In this document: one piece after another, positions 14,967-29,230 of the stretch
How the letters are laid out: every line of letters begins with the position of its first letter
Position numbering within the stretch: the first letter of the stretch is position 1
Notes under the pieces: generated by a model
What the model saw: the letters and a program-made list of their open reading frames with translations, nothing else
The model's database searches: none
Told to the model about the DNA's origin: nothing
Assembly (NCBI GenBank): GCA_964016885.1
Contig: OZ024745.1
Coordinates: 45,942,001 to 46,006,000, forward strand
Source: Eledone cirrhosa
Taxonomy: Eukaryota
Length of the DNA stretch: 64,000 nt
Reading direction: 5' to 3'
Made by a program: the position numbers and the translations under genes

Positions 14967-17900
14967 TAGTTATATATATATATATATACGACACCGGCAC
15001 TAGCCACCTGATCACCTGATTTCTCTCTACCACCACCACAACCACCAACGCCATCCTTACCACTAAAAGAAGTGTAATAATAATAAGCTAGTTAAAAACT
15101 TCCTTTGATAATGATTGACCTGCTGAAATACCAGTCAAATCTTCCTTAATACATACCCTAATGCCTTAATAAGATAATTGTTTCTACTTTCGGCGCAAGG
15201 CCAGCAATTATCCCAGTGTATTACTGGTACTTTATTTTATCGACCTCCGTAAGGATGAAAGGCAAAGTTAACCTCGACGGGATTTGAACTCAGAATGGCA
15301 AAAGATAATGCATAGATAATGTAGTCGTGAGTAGATGAAAAGATTAGTATGGTCTCGGCTGTCCTACATGTGGCCATAGATGTCCTCAATCGAGACAAAC
15401 CTGGAGTAAAGAACAACAACAATATCATGGCTATCATGCTACTACAATAACCACAGAAATACCATTATCAGCACCACCATTATACAACAAGCATCATCTC
15501 CACCACTAACAACCGTCCGAGGTAAACAACAGATTCCTCATGCTATCACTATATAGTAAATTTCAAAAGCACAACCACAACCATTACTAATCCATAACAA
15601 GACCATCGCACGACCCTCAAGGTCCTACCAACATCATCTTAACTTTAAAATCAATGTTCTCATTTTTATAGCTCCTAGGGATATTTTACCTAATCGCTCG
15701 ACAGACAAGAAATACCAGCCAAATCTCCATTAAATCATATCTAGCAGTTTTAAAATGCGTTGGATATGGTGTTGGATTTTCTGCACGGTCACAGATGAAA
15801 TGATGCCCTTGATCATAATTTTACTCAATCAGGGTTGATTTGAAGCTAAACAAGTATGACGAGAATACTTCGAGAGTGCCTCTATAGGGCCATTCGACAT
15901 GCTAAAAATAACAGCCAAATTTCCGTCAAATTACACTTTAAGGTCTTAAAAAGGTCGCGATGGAGAATATTGTTCTAGTTTACCTGTACATGGAAAAAAT
16001 GTCGTGATGGAAAGTCTTTAATCATAGGTCTGCTTGATGTTAATTGACCAGAGGTTAAACAACCACAACCAATATATTTCTATAATTACATTTAACTATA
16101 ACATTCTACTATACCAGCAATAATAACATATTACTATAACAAGTCCCACAACTGTTATACTACTTTTAACATAACCGCTACAAACAGTACAATTAGAAAT
16201 ATACTACTATCAGTTATTGTCACTTTAAACACCAACACTACTATACGTTAACACGATGTCTACCACTACCGCTACGTTACTATTATCACTTAATAAAACA
16301 CAACAACAAAAAAGCTACAGTCCTACCTTGACCACTATCATCGTCACTATCATCACCACAGCCAGCAGTATAACTACTCTTAACAGCAGCTCACCTACTA
16401 TATCACAAATACCCCATTACTACCCCACTACCATTTCTTACGACCTGTTGCTGACATTGTAATACTGTCCAAGACAGCAAGTTGATAGTGCCAAAAGAAG
16501 CATTATAGTAATTTACCACAATTATCTAGCTATCCCGGAGAAGTGCTGATGCTGCTATAATTGTTGCTGTTTATACTGTTGCTGTTATTATTGTTGTTAT
16601 TGTTACTGCTGATAGTACTGTTTTTGTTGATAGTGGTATTACTTCTTGCTATCGTTGTCACCGTCACAGCCGTCTATTGTTGATGTTGTTGTTGTTGTTG
16701 TTTAGTTCCATATCAGCCCTGGTGAAACAAATCTATTATTGACGACCGTTCCAGCCGTTATCAGCCAGTCATTTTTTTTTTTTTTAAAGTATTATTTAGA
16801 TTACATTATTCCATCTGCCCTACAATTTCAAGGAGATTTGGTTGCTATTTCTAGCAGGCTGAACATCTACGTAAAGACACGTAACTGTTGTGTAGCCCTA
16901 AAACAATCCTCTTTCTGCAGGTTTAGGATAAAATTCATTCCAGTCATAACCACCACGTCTTATATATAACAAATAACTACGTTATCCAAAGGGCCTTTCG
17001 TTTTTTAAGACGGTAAAGTGATGTTTGGCTACTATAACTAGCAAATCGAGCGACTCCATGGAGATCCCTTCGTTGAAATATAGTTGTTGTTGCTGGTAAT
17101 GTTGCTGTAGTGTTTGATGTTGTTGACAAGTCCTTATATCTAATCGTTGTTAAGTCCCATATATCGTTCTACGTAGATTATCCTATGTTTATTATCAGCA
17201 AATTAATTGTCTAAAATATATAGAGAAACATTTTCTCTCATACCCCCACCCAACATCAAAATAAAATCAAAGGAATACAACAAACCCTGTTAAAAAAAAA
17301 CAACCCACCACACAATATACAATTACTCAACCACAAAAACAACGTTTAGCCGAATAAAACAAGATCTGTCATTTTAAACGTTTTAGAAGAGTTTGGTGGA
17401 GAATATTTGTCAGCTATATTTAGCAAGTCAAGCTATTATGTCGAAGCTCTTTACTTGTTTGAGATGGTGATATTGTCGAAGATGGTGCTGTTGTTACTCT
17501 CACTAATCATCTTGCTTTGTTTGTTGATATATCTGCTGCTGTTGTAGTAGTTGTTAGTCATTGATTTTGTTGTTCATGTTGTTGCTGCTGCTGCCATTGT
17601 TGATAGAGTGTGAATAGCAAAACGGAGTAGAACTCCGAAGATGAAAACCCTTGCACATTAGCCTTTATACTAAGGTTGGTAAAATAAGGACCAGTTAAGT
17701 TCGAGCGTTCAATTAAATCGATGCCAACAACTTAATATTTGTGGCGCTCTGACAATCAAATAAAATAGTAATACTTGTTGATAAATAAAACATTGGATGA
17801 GAGAATCAGTAGATCATCAGACAAAATAACATGCGGTGTTTAGTTACATTAAACTCTCCTAGTTTCAATACTACTGGAATCAACTGTGCCTTTCGTTTCT

Positions 17901-18034
17901 CAAAGAGAGTCGATAAGACAAATACCATTTAAATAATGGTGTCGATTAAAATTGATTATATTCTCCATCATATTTTGTGCCCCTTTGTGTTAGAAACCAT
18001 TGTAATGCCTTACATCATTTAGTCACTCTTCTTT

Positions 18035-18300
18035 AAGTGACCCAGTGGTATGGGTGTTGGATATACGATAATAATGTCATAGGTTCGATTCATTGACGAG
18101 GTTTTTGTCTTGAGCTCTTGAGCAAATCACTTCATTTCACGTTGCTCCAGTATACTCAGCTGAAAATGAGTACCACCAATAGCTGAGGGTTTAATCTTGC
18201 TATGGACTAGCGTCATGTCCAGAAGGGAGTCTTGTACTCTTTGGTGCTTCACGCCACGGACACCGAAGTAAGCACCTGATGAGCCACCGGGCTCATAACG
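18035..18300 (+). mobile_element. SINE family 2 (tRNA head, CORE-like body)
   Basis: GGTTCGATTC B-box then TTGAGCAAATCACTTCATTTCACGTTGCTCCAGT; further copies about 31497-31640(-), 37170-37420(-), 39800-40050(-), 45811-46065(+), 57045-57167(-). Confidence 0.75.
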
Positions 18301-20561
18301 TTTTTAGACTTTAAGTTCTGAATTCGAACTCTTCTTGAACAGATTTTATATTTTACCTTCTATAAAGTACTAATCATGTATTTGGGTTGACTTCTCCCAA
18401 CAGATGTTCCATTGTGTCAAAGTTAGAAAACATTCTAACAGGCGAGCTATGATGCGCAAACTTTTTTTCTGTTATGGCTCTTAATGACTTTTTAACGTCC
18501 ATTCCCAGCCAGTGACGACTAAATATAACAAAAAAAAAATCAATATTCAAGCACAAATTTATTTTAAACTATAATAAATATAAAACAGCAACAAGAATAA
18601 ATAGTAAATGCAGCAAATATTATAGTGGTTCAATGGCATCATTGTTTCTGATGCCTTGCACACTGGCCACCATTATTGATTGTCCTAAACAAATGTCACC
18701 GTGACGCACTAAGCATTTGGTGTAGTCCACTTTTGGCCCAACTTGTGTGGTGGATCTCCGTCAGTTTCAACAATGAGTGTTTGAGTTGTTGGATTAACGG
18801 AACAGCCTGCCCATGAAATTAAATTGTAAGTGGCTGAGCATTCCACAGACACTTAACGTAATTCTTATAGAAATACAGTATGGCTTGGTGTGTGACAAGC
18901 CTGAATCTTTGATTTACAGGCATACTACAACCACTGGGCTTCCAAACAGTTTCCATCTATACAATTTCACTCACAATGTATGAGTCGAGACGTAGCTATG
19001 GTAAATGACACTTGCTCATTTGACTATGCTTCGTCCACATTCAGACATGATGTATCTAAGACTACATTTTCCCGAGTTGACGATCTGCAAAAGGCAAGAT
19101 TTTGATTTTAGGAAAATTTGATAGCATTTTTAGAAGTTAGAGAAACTGAGTAGTGATTCCTTTGTTAGCCGGTAGTACTGCTGTTGTTATTGTTGTTGTT
19201 TAGTCCAAGGTAAACCTTGAGCGAGCAGACCTACAATAAAAGACAATGCAGTCATGATTATCTCCTTTTACCTATCGTTCTTTAAATTGGTAGTGTAATT
19301 TGAAGATTTTACTTTTTAGCTGGCTGACCACATCGAGTTGTCTACTGCCGTTGTTATTGTTGATTTATTTTCAGACGTAGTATATCTACATTTACACTCT
19401 CCAGTGTGTCCTTCTCAACAACAAGTCATGTAGGCTACTATTCTTAATGTCCTCCCTGGCGTTGCTCCGGAGATGCCAAAAGAAACCACCTCATCCTCGG
19501 TTTCAAGAACCGACGAAGAAGCTGAGGCATTCCCTCGTAAACTTTAACCAACATCATTATCCCCTCTTCTTGCAACATTAAAAACGAGATAAAAAATGAG
19601 CAGATTTAAAAGTTATTTCTCTCTTAGAAGCATAGAGACAGAAATGCCTTTCTCTGATTTAAAATCAAACAAGATTTAGCAAAACTTGCTATTGAATTCT
19701 GTTTTGTGTAGCAAACACCAAAGAACGTTCTTTCGTGGCGCCCCAGTGTTATGTATTTCATAACCTATATCAGCTTTCTGTGTACACCAGTTTACATTAA
19801 TTCACATCTGCTCAGTGATTCATTCATCATAGCTATGACAAGTACTCTGAAGATTAAGTATTGCTAAGGAGGTCTCATAATACTGAAAGATGTATTGTCT
19901 CCCATGTTTGTCGAAAACATATTTAAGAAATATTAGCCGATGACTAATATCATTTTTGTTTACATCAACACGTAAATATTTGTAATCTCGTTGCGTTAAA
20001 TGTGATACCACTAACTTAAATATTGCTTACAATCGGTTGTGGTGAAATGGGTACAGAGAAAAATAGACTGAAAGACACAAAGAAAGGGAAAAAATGCAGC
20101 ATGAAAGAATCAATAGATAGAATGAAACAAATGAAAATAAGAAAACAGAGAGAAAAATGACTGATGGAAAGACAGAGAAAGGGAAAATATATTGGCTAGA
20201 AAAAATAAGTGTACGAATAAAGACAGACATGGAAATTGCTAAAATGAAGGTGATGGAGGAACTGAGAAAGTTACAGAAGTGAATTAAATTACAAGAAAGG
20301 GGGAGAGGAAGGCATGGAGAAAGGGAGAGTGGAAAAGAATATAACAAAGTATAAGCAAAGCGATAAATATTAAATAATGAAACAGACAGAGTTGTCAAAA
20401 GATAAAGGAAACCAGCATTCTGGAAGCAGGCATGGCAGTGAGATAAATACGTTTGTGTCGCAAATTCATAGTTTCGGGTTCGATCCTTCAGCGATCCTAC
20501 TTCTCCAGTGTAGATTGAACAGCTGTTAAACAATATCTTGTGAGTAAAATTCGTTAGATAG

Positions 20562-20696
<135 letters not shown>

Positions 20697-21251
20697 GTGC
20701 GTGTGTGTGTGCGTGTGCGGGACCGATTCATATAAAATATATAGAGAGAGACAAAAATAACAAAGTAAACGATACAGGACGATGAAGAAATATATTAGTT
20801 TAACGCTTGATGTAATAGGAAAAGAGTCTTTACGTTTCGAACATTAGTTTTTCATCAAAAGATAGAATGAGAAATAAAAAATGATAGAGAAGGATAGAGA
20901 GTGAGAAGAAGAAGGAACGAAGAAAAAAATTGAGAAAAAACGCACTTGCATATTCAATCAGCCATTGTGGAGAAAAAATATATACAAACAGACATACATA
21001 CAGATATACAGGCATATATACATACAGAGAAACATACAGAAAGTGTAAAGTCGTTAACAATAAAACAAACAGTAAAACCAAACACGGAGAATATAGTATG
21101 TTGGATGTTGTTAGTTTAATTCTTAAATGAAAAGGGAAATAAATGAGCGATTGTCACGTTTTAGATACAAGTCCTTCATCAGAACGGGAAGAAAAGAATA
21201 AGGAATGAGCGGGATGAGTAATAAATATGCTTATGTATGTGTAAATATATA

Positions 21252-21658
21252 CAGCCGAAAGACCCAAGCCTGGCTGTCAGAGAAATTCGTCGACCACACT
21301 TCACCTGACATCTGGCCTCCTAGCTCGCCTGACTGCAACCCCCTCGACTTCTTTGTGTGGGGCGCAGTGGAATGAGACACCAACAGATCTAGCTGCAATA
21401 TGAAAGACGATCTGAAGGCCAGGATCACAAGTGCCTTTAGGGGCCTAGGTCGGGGGACAGTGACGAAGGCCTGTAGCCGGTTCCGAGGCCGCCTTGAGGC
21501 CGTCATCAAAGCCAATGGCGGGTTTATCGTGTGAGATCGAAAGAACAAGTCATGAAGACAAACTGACCCAAGTTTGATAAATATATCTTAAAAAATAAAA
21601 CTACTGTGTCATTTCTTCCTAGACAGTAATCTTGCGAACAAATATCGTCCGCACGCTG
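21252..21658 (+). pseudogene. Tc1/mariner transposase C-terminal remnant with right TIR
   Basis: frame from 21253: RKTQAWLSEKFVDHTSPDIWPPSSPDCNPLDFFVWGAVE*DTN...LKARI...ACSRFRGRLEAVIKANGGFIV* (stop ends 21534); ends ...CGTCCGCACGCTG|TA. Confidence 0.85.
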
Positions 21659-21848
21659 TATATAGAGAGAGAAGGAGCGAGAGAGATAGAGAAAGATTAT
21701 GAGCTACAAGTTTCAACCATGTTCAGTTAAGTACTTGATACTTGCAAAAGTAGAGTGTGTGTATTGTAACTGGTTAGTGCACGACGGCTGAGCTCACGTC
21801 GAAACTGTGTGAGCTCAGCAATCGCGCACTATTTACAACATACATATG

Positions 21849-21889
<41 letters not shown>

Positions 21890-21962
21890 ATAAATATATA
21901 TATTTGTATGTATAGATATATATAGATATGTGTATATATATATATATATATATGTGTGTATA

Positions 21963-22154
21963 TAATTATTTCTACTATTGGCACAAGGCCAGCAAATAAC
22001 CAGTACATTACTGGTACTTTATTTTATTGACTCCGTAAGGATGAAAGGCAAAGTTAACCTCGGCGGGATTTGAACTCAGAATGGCAAGGGCCGTAACTCT
22101 ATGCGTCAAAGCATGGTGTCCGACGCTCTACCGATACTGCCAATACACCACCCT
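21963..22154 (-). mobile_element. SINE family 1, near full-length with tRNA-like head
   Basis: minus: GGGTGGTGTATTGGCAGTATCGGTAGAGCGTCGG...GAGTTCAAATCCCGCCGAGG... Confidence 0.85.
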
Positions 22155-22443
22155 TATATGTGTATATAATGTGTATATATATGTGTATGTGGAAAAAATT
22201 ATATTTCATTTCTCACTCTTAGTTCGGCTGATACTTAAATGTAAGTATGTATACGTACATACATATATGTATACAGACGTACAGTAGTATGTATATACAT
22301 ACATGCACACATATATATATGTATGTATGGGTTTACCGAACATTTATTATAATGTTCGGTTTGTTTTTAAACAAACAGCCCGAATTAAGCCGTACAGTGC
22401 TCGGCAACCATCGCTGCCCTATTTGTTCAACACTGACAAAGGA

Positions 22444-22486
22444 ACGATGAACTAGTTTCTAGCTTATTAGCTGTCATCAGCACCGT
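22444..22486 (-). ncRNA. Minimal type I hammerhead (family H)
   Basis: minus: ACGGTG-CTGATGA-cAGCTaataAGCTa-GAAA-CTAG-TT-CATCGT. Confidence 0.8.
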
Positions 22487-22723
22487 ATACCTTCCTGCCA
22501 GTTGATTGAACGTTTGAAAGTATATACTTTCCTTGTGCATATTAACGGCTGAGCAGCCTAATTTGCATATCGAGTGAGTTAGTCGGCCGGGCGTACCGAA
22601 AACGATGAATGGAAAAAATGAAATTTCATTTCTCACTCTTAGTACGGCTGATACTTAAATGTAAGTATGTATACGTAGATACATATATGTATTCAAACGT
22701 TCAATCAACTGACAGGAAAGTAT

Positions 22724-22765
22724 ACGGTGCTGATGACAGCTAATAAGCGAGAAACTATTCATCGT
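22724..22765 (+). ncRNA. Minimal type I hammerhead (family H, inverted copy)
   Basis: ACGGTG-CTGATGA-cagctaataagcga-GAAA-CTA-TT-CATCGT. Confidence 0.65.
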
Positions 22766-22842
22766 TCCTTTGTCAGTGTTGAACAAATAGGGCAACGATG
22801 GTTGCCGAACACTGTACGGCTAATAATTCGGGTTGTTTGTTT

Positions 22843-22924
<82 letters not shown>

Positions 22925-23127
22925 AAGTATGTATACGTACATATATTTATACAGACGTACAGTAGTGTGTATATACATACATACATGCACACACATATAT
23001 ATGTACGTATGACTTTACCGAACATTTATTATAATGCTCGGTTTGTTTGTAAACAAACAACCCGAATTATTAGCCGCACAGTGTTCGGCAACCATCGTTG
23101 CCCTATTTGTTCAACACTGACAAAGGA

Positions 23128-23169
23128 ACGATGAATAGTTTCTAGCTTATTAGCTGTCATCAGCACCGT
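23128..23169 (-). ncRNA. Minimal type I hammerhead (family H)
   Basis: minus: ACGGTG-CTGATGA-cagctaataagcta-GAAA-CTA-TT-CATCGT. Confidence 0.65.
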
Positions 23170-23257
23170 ATACCTTCCTGTCATATATATATATATATAT
23201 AATATTATAATAAAATAACAGGAGGCTGGACTTGTGTAAATCCTTGAAAGGTTTATT

Positions 23258-23315
23258 ATACTATGATCATTTCAATGACCGGGTTCCGTATGAATCCGGT
23301 GATATCATCAGGTAT
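23258..23315 (-). ncRNA. Type I hammerhead ribozyme (family E)
   Basis: minus: ATAC-CTGATGA-tATcACCGGaTTC atacg GAAcCCGGTcATt-GAAA-TGATCA-TA-GTAT. Confidence 0.85.
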
Positions 23316-23459
23316 TCGAAATATAATAAATGAATGTAACAGATAAAATCCATGGGGCTGAAAGTCATAGAGTAGAGGACGACCGACCATCTAACATCTG
23401 CCACTTTAGCCGGTCGCCCTCATGTGTGTGTTTGTGTACCAGTATACATGCATACATAT

Positions 23460-23774
23460 ATATATAAAAGCTTAACATTATTTGTCTAAGCGGACAGTAC
23501 TTGATTTAGGAGTCGCAGAAACCCAAATGCTGGACTTTCACAAACCATCCAGGGGTCCGGGTAAATTTTTCAATCATATTTTTTTTTTTATTTGACCCGA
23601 ATTACTTGGTCGTTTCTATGGCTGTGAGGATAGTGGTTTAACCATCGTCTCAGTGTGTTTTGGCCTTTTAACGTATGTTGTAGCTCTGGTTCGTTAGAAT
23701 CTATTGAGCGCTTGCCACACATCTCGGAAGTGGTTTTTAGGTAATTTCCAATAGCCGAAATACGATTCTCGCTA

Positions 23775-23780
<6 letters not shown>
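23460..23780. mobile_element. TA-flanked repeat family K
   Basis: reverse complement matches about 46135-46440 (ACCCAAATGCTGGA, GGGTCCGGGTAAATTTTTCA, CATCGTCTCAGTGTGTT). Confidence 0.7.
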
Positions 23781-23825
<45 letters not shown>

Positions 23826-24186
23826 CATGTATACTGGTACACATACACACACATTTATATATATGCGGGGAGTTGGGGCGCGCGTGTGTGTGTATGTCTA
23901 TGTATGTATATAGTAGAAACGAAAGCAATCCTTGCCACAGTAAGATATATTTGTAAAATGATAAGCATAACATTTCTGATTGTAGTTATTTTAATAATCG
24001 AGTGTTATGACGTGTAGTTGTGGTAACTCTATTGATCAAGCGTATGATTGAGTTGTTCGCTTTTAGAGCAATTTTCAAACTGGTGAGACAGATATATAAG
24101 CAAAGAATCGCTGCTATATGTATATATATATATACACATATATATATATATGTGTGTATGTGTGTGTATGTGTGTATGTATATGTG

Positions 24187-24255
<69 letters not shown>

Positions 24256-24382
24256 GTATATATATATATACATATATATACATATATACATATACATACA
24301 CACACACACACACGCACAGATACACACATGTATATATACATATAACAGCGATTCTTTGCTTAAACTTTAATCTGTTATTTTA

Positions 24383-24449
<67 letters not shown>

Positions 24450-24452
<3 letters not shown>

Positions 24453-24631
24453 CGAAGGAAATGTGGTAAGGAACCAGGTGGACCATAACGCACCAAAGTA
24501 CTCAATACTTAGGGTAGTAGAGTGGGTAATAGGAACGAGTAGGACCCCGACGGCTGAGCCCAAGCCGTTTTGACGGCTAATTCTGGACGAAACGGCTTGA
24601 GCTCAGCCGTCGGGGTCCTACTCGTTCCTAT
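24450..24631 (-). mobile_element. Family D fold-back element
   Basis: TAGGAACGAGTAGGACCCCGACGG...CCGTCGGGGTCCTACTCGTTCCTA arms, TA-flanked. Confidence 0.8.
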
Positions 24632-24644
24632 ATATATATATATA

Positions 24645-24852
24645 CGAGTACACGTTCCTGGCGTTGGGTAAAAGAAAATACAAGAGGATCAGTTAATTAT
24701 GATTTTATTCAACATATTCGCCTCCCAGATTCGACACTTATTGCAGCGGTCCTACAGTTTTTCTAAGCCCTGTAAAACGAACTCGGAAAAGTTGGGCCTC
24801 CAAACAGGCCTCTGTAGCAGCGATTAAGCCAGGAACTTTTCAGCACCCTCTC

Positions 24853-24853
<1 letters not shown>
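24645..24853. mobile_element. Mariner-like MITE
   Basis: TA|CGAG...CTCG|TA; GTTCCTGGC / GCCAGGAAC subterminal inverted match. Confidence 0.6.
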
Positions 24854-24937
<84 letters not shown>

Positions 24938-25464
24938 TTTCAGATGAACCCGGTTAGTGTACGTTCGCGAATATGGGATTTCTTGCAACGCTCTTTTTGG
25001 TCATATATAATGCTTTTTAATGTAAAATAAAATTATTATTTGGATTGGCAGCATAGTTACGTCCCTTTACGATCTGAGTTCAAATCCCGCCGAGGTTGAC
25101 TTTGCCTTTCATCCTTACGGGGTCGATAAAAAAAGTACCAGTAATGCACTGGGTTATTGCTGGCCTTGTGCCAAAAATAGAAACAATTATTAGATTCTCT
25201 CTGTGTCAATATGAATCACTTACAATACATTTTCGCCGGAGATAGATCAACAAAATTTAATAAACGGGTAGGGGTGGGTGGGAAAACAGCGGTGTGGGGT
25301 GGAATCTGACAAATTAATAAGCGCCCGGTGGGGACGATTATTCAAGAGATGAATAAATTGGGTATAATACCAGTTTCTTACCAAATGCGAAGACGCTCCA
25401 TACGATAACCCCTTCGGAAAAGGCACAGAGCATAATGATTTTTAATTATATATATATATATATA

Positions 25465-25693
25465 CAGTGGCGGTGGAACTGGGGTGGGGGGATGCATGCC
25501 CCCCCCCCCCTCTAATAATTATATTTTCTCCACAAAATACCAAAACACACATCAATTTATGTACAACTTATGTTTAATGCATATCGAAGTTTTCTGACCA
25601 TTTTAAAGTTCAAAGAGCTAAACTAATCACTGCAACTAAATTGTCCCAATTCGGCCCCTCACACACAATTCAGAAACGTTTAAACCGCCCCTG
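25465..25693. mobile_element. hAT-like non-autonomous element
   Basis: CAGTGGCGGT...ACCGCCCCTG termini. Confidence 0.55.
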
Positions 25694-25922
25694 TGTATAT
25701 GTATGTGCAAAGTTTACTGTAAACTATTGTATTTTGTTGACTGCGTTTTCACAGTATGTATCACAATGTAATTATATTTAATTTTTTCTACTTTTGGTAC
25801 AACGCCAGCAATTATCTCAGTGTATTACTGGTACTTTATTTTATCGACCCCGTAAGGATGAAAGGCAAAGTTAATTATATTTAATATACATACAATACAT
25901 GCATGATCAATATTATATACCA

Positions 25923-25968
<46 letters not shown>

Positions 25969-26028
25969 ATGTTGATTTAAAACTTCACTATTCACAAGTG
26001 TTTTTTTAAGCTTCATATCATGTCTCCC

Positions 26029-26099
26029 TATTTTATCTGATGAGAACGCAGATATCATCCCATGATGATATTTGTTTTTGAAATGCGCATAATAAAATA
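26029..26099 (+). ncRNA. Type I hammerhead ribozyme (family M)
   Basis: TATTTTAT-CTGATGA-gaacGCAGATATCATC ccat GATGATATTTGT tttt-GAAA-TGCGCA-TA-ATAAAATA; 8-bp stem I. Confidence 0.9.
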
Positions 26100-26258
26100 C
26101 TTGGAACTCTTTTAACCATCTTTTGATCTTATATTATTTATACTCCAGTCCTACAAACTGTAGAGTGCTACTTATCCGATATTTGCATTGCTATATTGTG
26201 CTATGTATATATATATATATATTTGCTTGTTGTATCCCAACAATTTAAATAGAACTTT

Positions 26259-26298
<40 letters not shown>

Positions 26299-26829
26299 TG
26301 GGGAAATCAACATAGAGAGCACAAGACAACGAACGAAAACAAGGCAAAATAAACAATTTTTTTAAGGGGAAACCTTAAAAAATTCTTTTTTGAAAATAAA
26401 AATTCAAACGAAAGACAGAACTCCGGGGTCATCGGCCGTTGAGATGAACTTTGATAGTTTCGACCCTTACCAACGGTACTGCCAGTCCACCCGGGATCAC
26501 GGCGCCTGACACAAGCCAAAGCGTTGTCCTATGGAGTAAGAGAAGAAACAAAACAGCAACTTATAGCATTTAAGCTAAGACAAGTTAACTTAGAATTTCA
26601 CGTGACGACAAGGGAAAGGTTTTGTGCCTCTTATAGCAGGAAACTCGCGCGCGTGCGTGTGTGTGTGTGCGTGCTTGCCTATATGCGTGTGTGTCTCTGT
26701 GTGTGCGATTTTCATGTGTTGTGCGTGTTGAAAAGTGTTGAAATTAAAAGTATAATTAGTGAGAAAGTGTTCAGGAAAATACGATCGATCTGACCTGCGG
26801 GTAAAGCTTTATCAGCATCACTTCCACTA

Positions 26830-29230
26830 CCATAGTCATCAATACCACAACCATCATCTCCACACCCACCATCACAGCCACCACCACACAAACCATAACG
26901 GCCACCTCAATATATCATGACCACTACCATAACACTAAGTACCATAACCACCACCGCCATCACTGATCTCCACCTCTACATCCACCACCTCCACAGCCAC
27001 CAACACCACTATCTCTAACACCACAGCCACTACCACCACGGTCACCACTATCACAGCCACCAATAGCGCAACCACCACCACCACCACCACCACAACCACC
27101 ACAGCCAACACAACCACCTCCACCACCACCACAGCCATCACCACCACCACCTCAACCACCACCACAGCCACCTCCTCTACAGGCACCACTTCCACAGTTG
27201 CTATCACATCCATCACCACCACCACCACCACCGCCGCCGCCACCACCATCACCTCTACACTCTCCACTAACCGCCGCCACCACAGTCACCACCTCTACAG
27301 GGACCATCAGTACCACCACCACCACCACAATACCACCACCACAACTACCACCACCACAACTACCAACACCACCACTACTACCATTACCACTACCACCCCC
27401 ACCACCACCAATACTACCTCTAGCACCACCACCACCACCACTACCACGACTACCACCACCACCACCACCACTACCACCACCACCACCACCAATACCACCA
27501 CCACCACCACCACCACTACCACCACCACCACCACCACAACAACAACAACAACAATCATCATCACACTTATCAAAACCTTCTCCATTACGGCCGACCATTA
27601 ACATTATACAACTACCAAGTCCTCCACTTCGTACCTTATCAAACAATAAACCCCTCCTCATACACACACACACACACACACACACAGATACACACACACA
27701 CACACACTGATACACAGATACACACACACACACACACTGATACACACACACACAGATACACACACGCAAATACACACACACAAATACACACATACAAATA
27801 CACACACACAAATACACACACACAAATACACACACACAAATACACACACACACACACACAAATACACACACACAAGTACACACACACAAATACATACACA
27901 CAGTACACACACATAAATACACACACACAAATACACACACACACAAATACACACACACAAATACACACACACAAACACACACAAATACCCACACAAATAC
28001 ACACACACATACACACACACACACAGATACACACACACACACAACGGCACCACTATAATTACTGCTACAAAAGACGACCACCAGAGTTAGACTGGCACCA
28101 CTATAACTTACTATCGTTATCATTAGCACGGCATTAGTGCCACAACCTCTACTTCTAACATTAGAACAACCATCCCTACTACCACAAGAACTATCAACAT
28201 AATTACCACACAACTACTACTACCATTACTACTACTACTACTACTACTACTACTATCTTTCATATCATTCCTCGCAACCCCCCCCCCCCCGCTACACGAT
28301 ATAATCACTACACAATCAACACTGCTACAATTACCACCAATGCCACTACCACCAGCACCACTACCACTGCTATCATCCCTCACAACCACCTACACCACAA
28401 ACACCTACACCACAAACACCTACACCACCACAAACACCGCCGCCACCACCGCCGCCATCACCACCACCATCGCCACCACCCATCGCCACCACCTCTGCTA
28501 TCACCCCCCCCCCCCCGAACCACCTACACCACAAACACCTACACCACCACCACCGCCGCCACCACCGCCGCCATCACCACCATCACCGCCATCACCACAC
28601 CACCACCATCGCCACCACCACTGCTATCATCCCCCCCCCCCAACCACCTACACCAGCACTGCTATCATCACCCACAACCACCTACACCACAAACACCTAC
28701 ACCACAAACACCTACACCACCACCACCACCACCACCACCACCGCCGCCATCACCACCATCACCGCCATCACCACACCACCACCATCGCCACCACCACTGC
28801 TATCATTCCCCACCCTCCCAACCACCTACACCAGCACTGCTATCATCCCCCACAACCACCTACACCACAACCACCTACACCACAAACACCTACACCACCA
28901 CCACCGCCACCACCGCCGCCATCACCTCACCACCATCGCCACCACCACTGCTATCATCCCCCCCCCAACCACCTACACCAGCACTGCTATCATCCCCCAC
29001 AACCACCTACACCACAACCACCTACACCACAACCACCTACACCACAAACACCTACACCACAAACACCTACACCACCACCACCACCGCCACCACCGCCGCC
29101 ATCACCACCATCACCGCCATGACCACACCACCACCACCTCTGCTATCATCCCCCACAACCACCTACACCACAAACACCTACACCACCACCACCATCGCCA
29201 CCACCACCAACACCACCATTACCACAACTA
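26830..29230. repeat. (CAC)n-rich low-complexity and minisatellite region with (CA)n
   Basis: caccaccac arrays and a recurrent unit CACTGCTATCATCCCC..AACCACCTACACC; source of the poly-P/H/T/G ORFs. Confidence 0.9.

Larger units (their letters stand above)
22193..23183. mobile_element. Hammerhead-bearing element family H: 420-nt tandem unit plus inverted and repeated copies
   Basis: CATTTCTCACTCTTAG at 22207 and 22627; inversion at about 22691; third partial copy 22922-23183. Confidence 0.8.

Noticed and set aside
18276-18300. CTGATGA-GCC-accg-GGC, with similar motifs at 39802-39816(-) and about 37186(-)
   Set aside because: SINE family 2 tail; GAAA or a valid stem III/stem I is missing, so it is not a hammerhead.
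19434-19547. Short unique open frame ATILNVLPGVAPEMPKETTSSS...
   Set aside because: Too short, weak splice signals and no recognisable homology.
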